Shown one piece after another: positions 10,189 to 20,000 of a stretch of DNA of 20,000 bases; within the stretch, counting starts at the first letter, position 1, and each line of letters starts with the position of its first letter. Origin of the DNA: Chiloscyllium plagiosum. Taxonomy: Eukaryota. The stretch lies in the NCBI RefSeq assembly GCF_004010195.1, contig NC_057758.1, forward strand, positions 7,925,244 through 7,945,243, read 5' to 3'. The notes under the pieces were generated by a model that had not been told where the DNA came from, did not search any database, and worked only from the letters and a program-made list of their open reading frames with translations. Position numbers and translations under genes: made by a program.

Positions 10189-11024
10189 GGACAGCGACCA
10201 GACAGGCTGTGAGCTCACATCAAATTTAGTGAGAAGACCTTGCAAAGAATTCACTTCGTGCATTCATGAACTTTTCTTAGGAACGGTCGGCACGACACGA
10301 AGTGTGGTTCAGATTCAGAAAGCATAACTGTAATGGAAAAAAGATCGAAGTTTGTTACAGAATTGTAAAGCCAGCTGGACAAACTGCTCACTCTACGCAT
10401 TTTGCTTGGGAAGCTGCAAAGAATTGGCAAAGTGGTAACTGAGATGGGGAGACAGCGATTTTAACAAAAAAATGCAAATCAAAACATCAGAATTCATTCA
10501 TTCAGCCATTAAGACTGATTGCAAACGTTGAGGCCCTGAGCAACGATCAGCGGCGATGAGTCACCCTGTATCGCAAATACTATGTTGCTAATTAATTGTC
10601 AAAAATCAAACACAAAAATGTTGATGACGATACATACAGTGTTTCTGATGCACAGGAGAAGGCAATATCGCCCAGAGATCAGAAATACCATCCGCTTGCT
10701 GGACGTATTGAGACCGACTTGGCTGAGTGAATGTAGGGACATGGGAAGTTTAGCCGTCCGAATAAGAACGACCACCAAAGTGTGAAATTATATGATGCAG
10801 GAAAGAAAATGTTTAGACAGCTCACAGTGTTTCGGACTGAAATAGATTAATGACTATCACATGGATTTAGTGCACCAGACTTTCGCTGCAGATATTGACA
10901 ATGTAATTCAATTGAGAAAAAAACCCATTGCTCCTTTGGTAGGAAGAAACCAGATTTTTTTCGCGTTTGAAAATATTGTTTCTTTCGATCTCCAGTTTCA
11001 TCCAATAACAAATCTTCCCGACTT

Positions 11025-11177
11025 TATTTGTTAAATAACTGTGATTAATTCAATTGACTGCGTACATGTAGAAATGTAGAAATGGATTCCCATCCATTGC
11101 CATGGCTTTGGTTACCCAGATATATTTGTTAAATAACTGTGATTAATTCAATTGACTGCGTACATGTAGAAATGTAG

Positions 11178-11216
<39 letters not shown>

Positions 11217-11254
11217 GATTCCCATCCATTGCCATGGCTTTGGTTACCCAGATA
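11025..11254 (+). repeat. Direct tandem duplication (98-bp unit, 2 copies); copy 2 contains a (TA)15 microsatellite
   Basis: 11025-11122 and 11123-11254 share tatttgttaaataactgtg...gtagaaat and gattcccatcc...cccagata. The TA run at 11181-11210 is only in copy 2. Confidence 0.95.
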
Positions 11255-11290
11255 ACGACAGAGTCTCCAAATTGTTCATGTTCACACAAA

Positions 11291-11360
11291 ATGGGGAAGC
11301 CTGCAATTCTGCTGTTGAAAGACATTTATTACCCGTTATTTGCAGCAGTCGCTATCCCTG
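11291..11360 (+). pseudogene. GPR139-like class A GPCR, coding exon 1 (left copy), splice donor mutated
   Basis: MGKPAILLLKDIYYPLFAAVAIP resembles the N-terminus/TM1 (IYYP..A..G.P) of shark GPR139-like receptors. It ends in phase 1 at CCTG|TTGAGT, where GTGAGT is expected. Confidence 0.75.
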
Positions 11361-11469
11361 TTGAGTTGATATGTTTAACATGCTTTTTCGTAATCAACTT
11401 GTTCAAAGATATTTTTAAAAATGTCTGATGCAGGCGGGAAATGACACCATCCCACAATACATTCTTAAC

Positions 11470-14400
11470 AGGTAAGCTACTTACTGTTCTTGTTTTGGAG
11501 ACTAAGTGTAGAGTTACGGCAGCGCAGGCAGTGTAATGTTCGTCCTGCAGGATGTTTGAGGTAGGGGTGACCACCGATGCTCCTGCCGACTTCATCTGCA
11601 GGAAGTGCAGTCAGCTCCAGCTCATCAAAGTCCGCGTTAGGGAACTGGAGCTGGAGTTGGATGAACTGAGAATTATTCGAGAGGCTGAGAGGGTGATAGA
11701 TAGAAGCTACAGGGACATAGTTACGACAGAGAACAGAGGTAGCTGGGTAACAGTTAGAGGTGGAAGTAGAGGGTGCAGGCAATGCAGGGATTCCCTGTGG
11801 TCGTTCCCCTCAACAAAAAATATACTGCTTTGGATTCTGTTGGGGGGAAGGGCCTAGCAGGGGTAAGCTGCAGTGACCGGGTCTCTGGCACGAGGTCCGG
11901 TTCTGAGGCTCAGAAGGGAAAGGGGAGAGGAGGAGAACGCTAGTTATAGGAGACTCTATAGTTCGAGGGACAGACAGGCGGTTCTGTGGACATGGGCGAG
12001 ACTGTCGGTTGGTTTGTTGCCTCCCGGCTGCCAGGGTCCGAGACGTCTCGGACCGTGTCTTCAGAATCCTTAAGGGGGAGGGTGTGCAGCCAGAAGTCGT
12101 GGTGCACATTGGCACCAACGATATAGGTAGGGAGAGGGGTGGGAAGGTCATTCAGGAGCTCAGGGAGTTAGACTGGAAGCTAAAAGCTAGGACGGACAGA
12201 GTGGTCATCTCTGGGTTGTTGCCGGTGCCACGTGACAGTGAGGCAAGGAATAGGGAGAGAGTGCAGTTGAACACGTGGCTGCAAGGGTGGTCTCGGAGGG
12301 AGTGCTTCAGGTATTTGGACAATTGGACTGCATTCAGGGGAAGGTGGGACCTGTGTAAGCAGGACGGTTTGCACCTGAACNNNNNNNNNNNNNNNNNNNN
12401 NNNNNNNNNNNNNNNNNNNNNNNNNNNNNNNNNNNNNNNNNNNNNNNNNNNNNNNNNNNNNNNNNNNNNNNNNNNNNNNNNNNNNNNNNNNNNNNNNNNN
12501 NNNNNNNNNNNNNNNNNNNNNNNNNNNNNNNNNNNNNNNNNNNNNNNNNNNNNNNNNNNNNNNNNNNNNNNNGAGGTAGTATGGGTTGAAGTCAGAAATA
12601 GGAAAGGTGCAGTCACCTTGTTGGGTGTTTACTATAGGCCCCCCAATAGCAGCAGAGATGTGGAGAAACAGATTGGGAAACAGATTTTGGAAAGGTGCAG
12701 AAACCACAGGGTAGTAGTCATGGGTGATTTCAACTTCCCAAATATTGATTCGAAGCTCTTCAGATAAAGTAGATTGGACGGGGCGGTGTTTGTACAGTGT
12801 GTCCAGGAAGCTTTTCTAACTCAGTATGGATATTGTCCGACCAGAGGTGAGGCCATATTGGATTTGGTACTTGGTAACGAACCAGGACAAGTGATGGGCT
12901 TGTTAGTGGGTGAGCATTTTGGTGATGGTGACCACAATTCTGTGACTTTCACCTTGGATATGGAGAGATAGGTGCGTGCAACAGGGTAGGGTTTACAATT
13001 GGGGGAGGGTAAATACGATGCTGCAAGACAGGATCTGAGGAGCATAAGTTGGGAGCATAGGCTTTCAAGGAAGGATGCTGTTGAAATGTGGAACATTTTC
13101 AGGGAACAGATATGACGTGTCCTTGATATGTATGTAACTGTCAGGCAGGAAAGAGATGGTCGTGTGAGGGAACCTTGTTTCACGAGGGAGGTTCAATGTC
13201 TAGTAAAGCGGAAGAAGGAGGATTACATAGGGTTGAGGAAACAAGGTTCAGACAGAGCGTTGGAGGGATACAGGATAGCCAGGAGGAAGCTGAAGAAAGG
13301 GATTAGGAGAGCTAAGAGAGGGCATGTTAAATCTTTGGCGGGTAGGATCAAGGATAACCACAAGGCCTTTTTATGCGTATGTGAGAAACATGAAAATGAC
13401 TAGAATGAGGGTAGGTCCGATCAGGGACAGTAGTGGGAGACTGTGTATTGAGTCGAAAGAGATAGGAGACGTCTTGAATGAGTACTTTTCTTCAGTATTT
13501 ACAAATGAGAAGGACCGTATTATTGAAGAGGAGAGTAAGAAATGGACTGGTAAGCGAGAGGAGATACTTGTTAGGAAGGAAGATGTGTTGGGCATTTTGA
13601 AAAACGTGAGGATAGACAAGTCCCCCGGGCCTGACGGGATATATCTTAGGATTATGTGGGAAGTAAGAGAGGAAATTGCAGAGCCGTTGGCAATGATCTT
13701 TGTGTCTTCACTGTCAACGGGGATGGTACCAGGGGTGTGGAGAGTGGCGAATGTTGTGCCCCTGTTCAAAAAAGGAATAGGGATAACCTCGGGAATTACA
13801 GGCCAGTTAGTCTTACTTAGGTGGTAGGCAAAGTAATGGAAAGGGTACTGTGGGATAGGATTTATGAGTATCTGGAAAGACACTGCTTGATTAGGGACAG
13901 CCAGCACGGATTTGTGAGGTGGAAGTCTTGCCTTACAAGTCTTATTGAACTCTTTGAGGAGGTGACCAAGCATGTGGATGAGGGTAGAGCAGTGGATGTA
14001 GTAAGGCATTTGATAAGGTTCCCCATGGTAGGCTTATGCGGAAAGTCAGGAGGCATGGGACAGTGGGAAATTTGGCCAGTTGGATAGAGACCTGGCAAAC
14101 CGGTCGAACTTAGAGAGTGGTGGTAGATGGTAAATATTCAGCCTGGAGACGAGTTACAAGTGGAGTTCCGCAGGGATCAGTTCTGGTTCCTCTTCTGTTT
14201 GTAATCTTTATTAATGACTTGGAAGAGGAAGTCGAAGGGTGGGTCAGTAAATTTGCAGACGATACGAAGATTGGTGGAGTTGTGGATAGTGAGGAGGACT
14301 GTTGTCAGCTGCAAAGGGACTTAGATATGAGGTAGAGCTGGGCTGAGGAGTGGCAGATGGCCTTTAACCCTGTCAAGTGTGAGGTTGTCCATTTTGGAAG

Positions 14401-14736
14401 GACAAATAAGAATGCGGAATACAGGGTTAACGGTAAGGTTATTAGTAAGGTGGAGGAGCAGAGAGATCTTGGGCTCTATGTTCATAGCTCTTTGAAAGTT
14501 GCCACTCAGGTGGATAGAGTTTGGGAGAAGGCCTATGACGCATTAGCGTTAATTAGCAGAGGGATTGAATTCAAGATTAGTAAGGTGATGTTGCAGCTGT
14601 ACAGGACCTTGGTAAGGACACATTTGGAGTACTGTGTGGAGTTCTGGTGGCTACACTTTAGGAAATATGTGAAAGCTTTGGAGAGGGTGCAGCCGAGATT
14701 TACCAGGATGTTGCCTGGAATGGAGAATAGGTCGTA
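11470..14736 (+). mobile_element. Near full-length CR1 LINE (ORF1 Zn-finger/coiled-coil/SGNH esterase; ORF2 APE-RT), decayed; 3' end lost in gap
   Basis: ORF1: CSSC..FICRKC, LELELDEL heptads, IGDS, HIGTNDIG, DGLHLN. ORF2: [56 protein letters not shown]. Multiple stops. Confidence 0.96.
12381..12572. other. Assembly gap (192 N); the homologous segment in the right arm is 454 bp (18446-18899)
   Basis: Run of N, with flanks mapped onto the inverted copy. Confidence 0.95.
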
Positions 14737-15236
14737 NNNNNNNNNNNNNNNNNNNNNNNNNNNNNNNNNNNNNNNNNNNNNNNNNNNNNNNNNNNNNNNN
14801 NNNNNNNNNNNNNNNNNNNNNNNNNNNNNNNNNNNNNNNNNNNNNNNNNNNNNNNNNNNNNNNNNNNNNNNNNNNNNNNNNNNNNNNNNNNNNNNNNNNN
14901 NNNNNNNNNNNNNNNNNNNNNNNNNNNNNNNNNNNNNNNNNNNNNNNNNNNNNNNNNNNNNNNNNNNNNNNNNNNNNNNNNNNNNNNNNNNNNNNNNNNN
15001 NNNNNNNNNNNNNNNNNNNNNNNNNNNNNNNNNNNNNNNNNNNNNNNNNNNNNNNNNNNNNNNNNNNNNNNNNNNNNNNNNNNNNNNNNNNNNNNNNNNN
15101 NNNNNNNNNNNNNNNNNNNNNNNNNNNNNNNNNNNNNNNNNNNNNNNNNNNNNNNNNNNNNNNNNNNNNNNNNNNNNNNNNNNNNNNNNNNNNNNNNNNN
15201 NNNNNNNNNNNNNNNNNNNNNNNNNNNNNNNNNNNN
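14737..15236. other. Assembly gap (exactly 500 N) at the junction of the inverted arms
   Basis: Run of N. Confidence 1.
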
Positions 15237-15703
15237 AGACATAATGTACGCCTGCAGATGAGGAACAAAATGCTGCCCGTGACCGGCAGCTCCACTACAC
15301 ATTGTTAATAGTTTTCACACGTTCATATAACATCGCAACTGATACTTTCTTCAGTACGACCACAACCGTGATAGTTATGACAAGAATGACTGCAGGTCTC
15401 TTTGTGCAGCATTTTATTTAAAATTTCTGGTGGTAGGTCACGACACATCTGTGACGTCTAAAAAAAAAACAATGCGCCAAACAGATACATCGTGAGTGAC
15501 AGCGAACATGTATGTAATGTCATTGCAAACAGGTGTATGGGACAGTAATGACAAAGCAACGTGGTAACTGGAGATGTATTAGAGTATTATAATGTTGATC
15601 AGAACCAGTTTATCTGTTGTTGCTGTGGCCAACATATATACACTGAAACACTTGGCAAGACCACACTGTTTTTGTGAGAGAATCCAAATTATGGCCAATT
15701 TCG
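15237..15703 (-). pseudogene. GPR139-like class A GPCR, coding exon 2 (TM1 end to ECL2), disrupted and cut by gap
   Basis: Acceptor ttgtcttttctttacaaAG, phase compatible with exon 1. Translates AKLAIIWILSQKQCGLAKCFSVYMLATATTDKLVLINIIIL*YISSYH..LSHTPVC..HDVSVWRIVF[frameshift]HRCV..QKF*IKCCTKRPAVILV..INNV*WSC. Has three stops, a poly-T frameshift and DRF decayed to HRC. Confidence 0.88.
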
Positions 15704-15872
15704 CTTTGTAAAGAAAAGACAAACAGCAGTGAATAATACAACAATACCAAATTTGTGCAAATTCGTTATTGTCAAAACGTAGCAGCAATGCAATTGGTCA
15801 GTTGCCTCAATATACGTAGAAAGAGAGATGACATGATTGAACACAGGGAGAGACCATGTCGACTCACCAGGT

Positions 15873-18800
15873 TAGAACATAGAACATAGAACAATACAGC
15901 ACAGAACAGGCCCTTCGGCCCACGATGTTGTGCCGAACATTTGTCCTAGCTTAAGCACCTATCCATGTACCTATCCAATTGCCACTTAAAGGTCACCAAT
16001 GATTCTGACTCTGCCACTCTCACAGGCTGTGCATTCCATGCCTGCACCACTCTCTGGGTATAGAACCTACCGCTGACATCCCCCATACCTTCCACCCTTC
16101 ACCGTAAATTTATGTCCCCTTATAACACTCTGTTGCACCCGGGGAAAATGTCTCTGACTGTCTACTCTATCTATTCCCCTGATTATCTTATAAACCTCTA
16201 CCAAGTCGCCCCTCATCCTTCGCCGTTCCAATCAGAAAAGCCTAGCACTCTCAACATATCCTCGTACGACCTATTCTCCATTCCAGGCAACATCCTGGTA
16301 AATCTCGTCTGCACCCTCTCCAAAGCTTTCACATATTTCCTAAAGTGTAGCCACCAGAACTCCACACAGTACTCCAAATGTGTCCTTACCAAGGTCTTGT
16401 ACAGCTGCAACATCACCTCACGAATCTTGAATTCAATCCCTCTGCTAATTAACGCTAATGCGCCATAGGCCTTCTCCCAAACTCTATCCACCTGAGTGGC
16501 AACTTTCAAAGAGCTATGAACATAGAGCCCAAGATCCCTCTGCTCCTCCACCTTCCTAATAACCCTACCGTTAACCCTATATTCCGCATTCTTATTTGTC
16601 CTTCCAAAATGGACAACCTCACACTTGACAGGGTTAAACTCCATCTGCCACTCCTCAGCCCAGCTCTACCTCATATCTAAGTCCCTTTGCAGCTGACAAC
16701 AGTCCTCCTCACTATCCACAACTCCACCAATCTTCGTATCGTCTGCAAATTTACTGACCCACCCTTCGACTTCCTCTTCCAAGTCATTAATAAAGATTAC
16801 AAACAGCAGAGGAACCAGAACTGCTCCGTGCGGAACTCCACTTGTAACTCGGCTCCAGGCTGAATATTTAACATCTACCACCACTCTCTAAGTTCGACCG
16901 GTTTGCCAGTTCTCTATCCAACTGGCCAAATTTCCCACTGTCCCATGCCTCCTGACTTTCCGCATAAGCCTACCATGGGGAACCTTATCAAATGCCTTAC
17001 TAAAATCCATGTACACTACATCCACTGCTCTACCCTCATCCACATGCTTGGTCACCTCCTCAAAGAGTTCAATAAGACTTGCAAGGCAAGTCTTCCACCT
17101 CACAAATCCGTGCTGGCTGTCCCTAATCAAGCAGTGTCTTTCCAGATACTCATAAATCCTATCCCACAGTACCCTTTCCATTGCTTTGCCTACCACCTAA
17201 GTAAGACTAACTGGCCTGTAATTCCCGAGGTTATCCCTATTCCCTTTTTTGAACAGGGGCACAACATTCGCCACTCTCCACACCCCTGGTACCATCCCCG
17301 TTGACAGTGAAGACAAAAAGATCATTTCCAACGGCTCTGCAATTTCCTCTCTTACATCCCACATAATCCTAAGATATATCCCGTCAGGCCCGGGGGACTT
17401 GTCTATCCTAACGTTTTTCAAAATGCCCAACACATCTTCCTTCCTAACAAGTATCTCCTCTAGCTTACCAGTCCATTTCATACTCTCCTCTTCAATAATA
17501 CGGTCCTTCTCATTTGTAAATACTTAAGAAAAGTACTCATTCAAGACCTCTCCTATCTCTTCCGACTCAATACACAGTCTCCCACTACTGTCTTTGATCG
17601 GACCTACCCTCGTTCTAGTCATTTTCATGTTTCTCACATACACATAAAAAGGCCTTGTGGTTATCCTTGATCCTACCCGCCAAAGATTTAACATGCCCTC
17701 TCTTAGCTCTCCTAATCCCTTTCTTCAGCTCCCTCCTGGCTATCCTGTATCCCTCCAACGCTCTGTCTGAACCTTGTTTCCTCAACCCTATGTAATCTTC
17801 CTTCTTCCGCTTTACTAGACATTGAACCTCCCTCATGAAATAAGGTTCCCTCACACGACCATCTCTTTCCTGCCTGACAGTTACATACATATCAAGGACA
17901 CGTCATATCTGTTCCCTGAAAAAGTTCCACATTTCAACAGCATCCTTCCTTGAAAGGCTATGCTCCCAACTTATGCTCCTCAGATCCTGTCTTGCAGCAT
18001 CGTATCTACCCTCCCCCAATTGTAAACCCTACCCTGTTGCACGCACCTATCTCTCCATATCCAAGGTTAAAGTCACAGAATTGTGGTCACCATCACCAAA
18101 ATGCTCACCCACTAACAAGCCCATCACTTGTCCTGGTTCGTTACCAAGTACCAAATCCAATATGGCCTCACCTCTGGTCGGACAATCTCCATACTGAGTT
18201 AGAAAAGCTTCCTGGACACACTGTACAAACACCGCCCCGTCCAATCTACTTCATCGAAAGAGCTTCGAATCAATATTTGGGAAGTTGAAATCACCCATGA
18301 CTACTACCCTGTGGTTTCTGCACCTTTCCAAAATCTGTTTCCCAATCTGTTTCTTCACATCTCTGCTGCTATTGGGGGGCCTATAGTAAACACCCAACAA
18401 GGTGACTGCTCCTTTCCTATTTCTGACTTCAGCCCGTACTACCTCCAACGGCAGAACCCCCTCAAACTGCCTTTCTGCAGCCATTACACCATTTCTAATT
18501 AGTAACGCCCCCTTCCTTTTTAACCACCTTCCCTAATCTTACTGAAACAACTGTAACCAGGAACCTCCAACAACCATTCCGGTCCCTCTTCTATCCACGT
18601 TTCCATGATGGCCACAACATCGTAGTCCCAAGTACCGATCCACGCTTTAAGTTCACCCACCTTATTTCTGATACTCCTTGCTTTGAAGTATACACACTTG
18701 AACCCATCTCTGTGTCCGTAAGTATTCCCTATCAGTGCTACCTTCTCCACAGCCTCCCTACATTCTTGGACATGCTGAAAAACAGCTAACCTACTTGCTG

Positions 18801-19810
18801 GACTGCAAGTTCGGATCCAACACCCCTGCCAAATTAGTTTAACCCCCCACCCCGAAGAGTGCTGGCAAACCTACCTCCCAGGATATTGGTGCCCCTCTGG
18901 TTCAGGTGTAAACCGTCCTGCTTACACAGGTCCCACCTTCCCCTGAATGCAGTCCAATTGTCCAAATACCTGAAGCACTCCCTCCGAGACCACCCTTGCA
19001 GCCACGTGTTCAACTGCACTCTCTCCCTATTCCTTGCCTCACTGTCACGTGGCACCGGCAACAACCCAGAGATGACCACTCTGTCCGTCCTAGCTTTTAG
19101 CTTCCAGTCTAACTCCCTGAGCTCCTGAATGACCTTCCCACCCCTCTCCCTACCTATATCGTTGGTGCCAATGTACACCACGACTTCTGGCTGCACACCT
19201 TCCCCCTTAAGGATTCTGCAGACACGGACCGAGACGTCTCGGACCCTGGCAGCCGGGAGGCAACAAACCAACCGACAGTCTCGCCCATGTCCACAGAACC
19301 GCCTGTCTGTCCCTCGAACTATAGAGTCTCCTATAACTAGCGTTCTCCTCCTCTCCCCTTTCCCTTCTGAGCCTCAGAACCGGACCTCGTGCCAGAGACC
19401 CGGTCACTGCAGCTTACCCCTGCTAGGCCCTTCCCCCCAACAGAATCCAAAGCAGTATATTTTTTGTTGAGGGGAACGACCACAGGGAATCCCTGCATTG
19501 CCTGCACCCTCTACTTCCACCTCTAACTGTTACCCAGCTACCTCTGTTCTCTGTCGTAACTATGTCCCTGTAGCTTCTATCTATCACCCTCTCAGCCTCT
19601 CGAATAATTCTCAGTTCATCCAACTCCAGCTCCAGTTCCCTAACGCGGTCTTTGATGAGCTGGAGCTGACTGCACTTCCTGCAGATGAAGTCGGCAGGAG
19701 CATCGGTGGTCACCCCTACCTCAAACATCCTGCAGGACGAACATTACACTGCCTGCGCTGCCGTAACTCTACACTTAGTCTCCAAAACAAGAACAGTAAG
19801 TAGCTTACCT
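15873..19810 (-). mobile_element. Near full-length CR1 LINE (about 3.9 kb) inside the GPR139-like intron, same sense as the gene
   Basis: ORF1 esterase (ends 18834). ORF2 from FKCVYFKARSIRNKVGEL..DVVAIMETW through RT (YMDFSKAFDKVPH, FADD) to the C-terminus. 3' UTR GGGCCGAAGGGCCTG and (TTCTATG)n tail at 15873-15893. The ORF1 start is decayed to ACG and several stops are present. Confidence 0.97.
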
Positions 19811-20000
19811 GTTAAGAATGTATTGTGGGATGGTGTCATTTCCCGCCTGCATCAGACATTTTTAAAAATATCTTTGAACAAGTTGATTACGAAAAAGCAT
19901 GTTAAACATATCAACTCAACAGGGATAGCGACTGCTGCAAATAACGGGTAATAAATGTCTTTCAACAGCAGAATTGCAGGCTTCCCCATTTTGTGTGAAC
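16265..20000 (-). repeat. Right arm of large inverted duplication; continues beyond window end
   Basis: Reverse complement of 11280-14736 right up to base 20000. Confidence 0.97.
19920..19989 (-). pseudogene. GPR139-like GPCR coding exon 1 (right copy); pairs with exon 2 at 15703-15237
   Basis: Identical to 11291-11360 in reverse complement, with the same GT>TT donor lesion. Confidence 0.75.

Larger units (their letters stand above)
11280..14736 (+). repeat. Left arm of large inverted duplication (mirror of 16265-20000)
   Basis: Reverse-complement near-identity. Coordinate sums are 31280 before the 192-N gap and 31018/31017/31001 after it, reflecting a 1-bp and a 16-bp deletion in this arm. 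Confidence 0.97.

Noticed and set aside
10189..11020. Stretch with protein-like partial frames (e.g. KYHPLAGRIETDLAE)
   Set aside because: Frequent stops in all frames and no recognisable family. A BLASTX search would be needed to support any call.
11470..19810. The inverted CR1 pair as TIRs of a giant composite transposon, or as active LINEs
   Set aside because: The mirror extends into host flank beyond the CR1, no TSD or transposase is seen, and both copies carry shared stops.

Overview
Eukaryotic, repeat-rich scaffold window with four N-gaps. It is most likely from a cartilaginous fish, inferred from shark-type CR1 LINEs with an esterase ORF1 and (TTCTATG)n tail plus a GPR139-like GPCR. 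No intact protein-coding gene is visible. From left to right: (1) the 3' end of a decayed Mutator-like (MULE) DNA transposon abutting an old minus-strand CR1 LINE; (2) a possible solo-LTR remnant and a hairpin; (3) about 1.8 kb of unassigned sequence; (4) a decayed class I (epsilon/gamma-like) endogenous retrovirus at about 6005-10188, with deleted gag/PR/RT, a remnant RT-connection/RNase H/integrase, an almost complete gamma-type env readable through stops and frameshifts, a PPT and a 404-bp 3' LTR; (5) a large inverted duplication (11280-14736 mirrors 16265-20000 and runs off the window). Each arm carries exon 1 of a GPR139-like pseudogene and an intronic, near full-length CR1, and exon 2 lies near the centre beside a 500-N gap. 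The ERV and the palindromic GPCR/CR1 duplication are the most interesting items. I see no evidence for a functional, previously undescribed system. All family assignments are from motif recognition by eye, not database searches.
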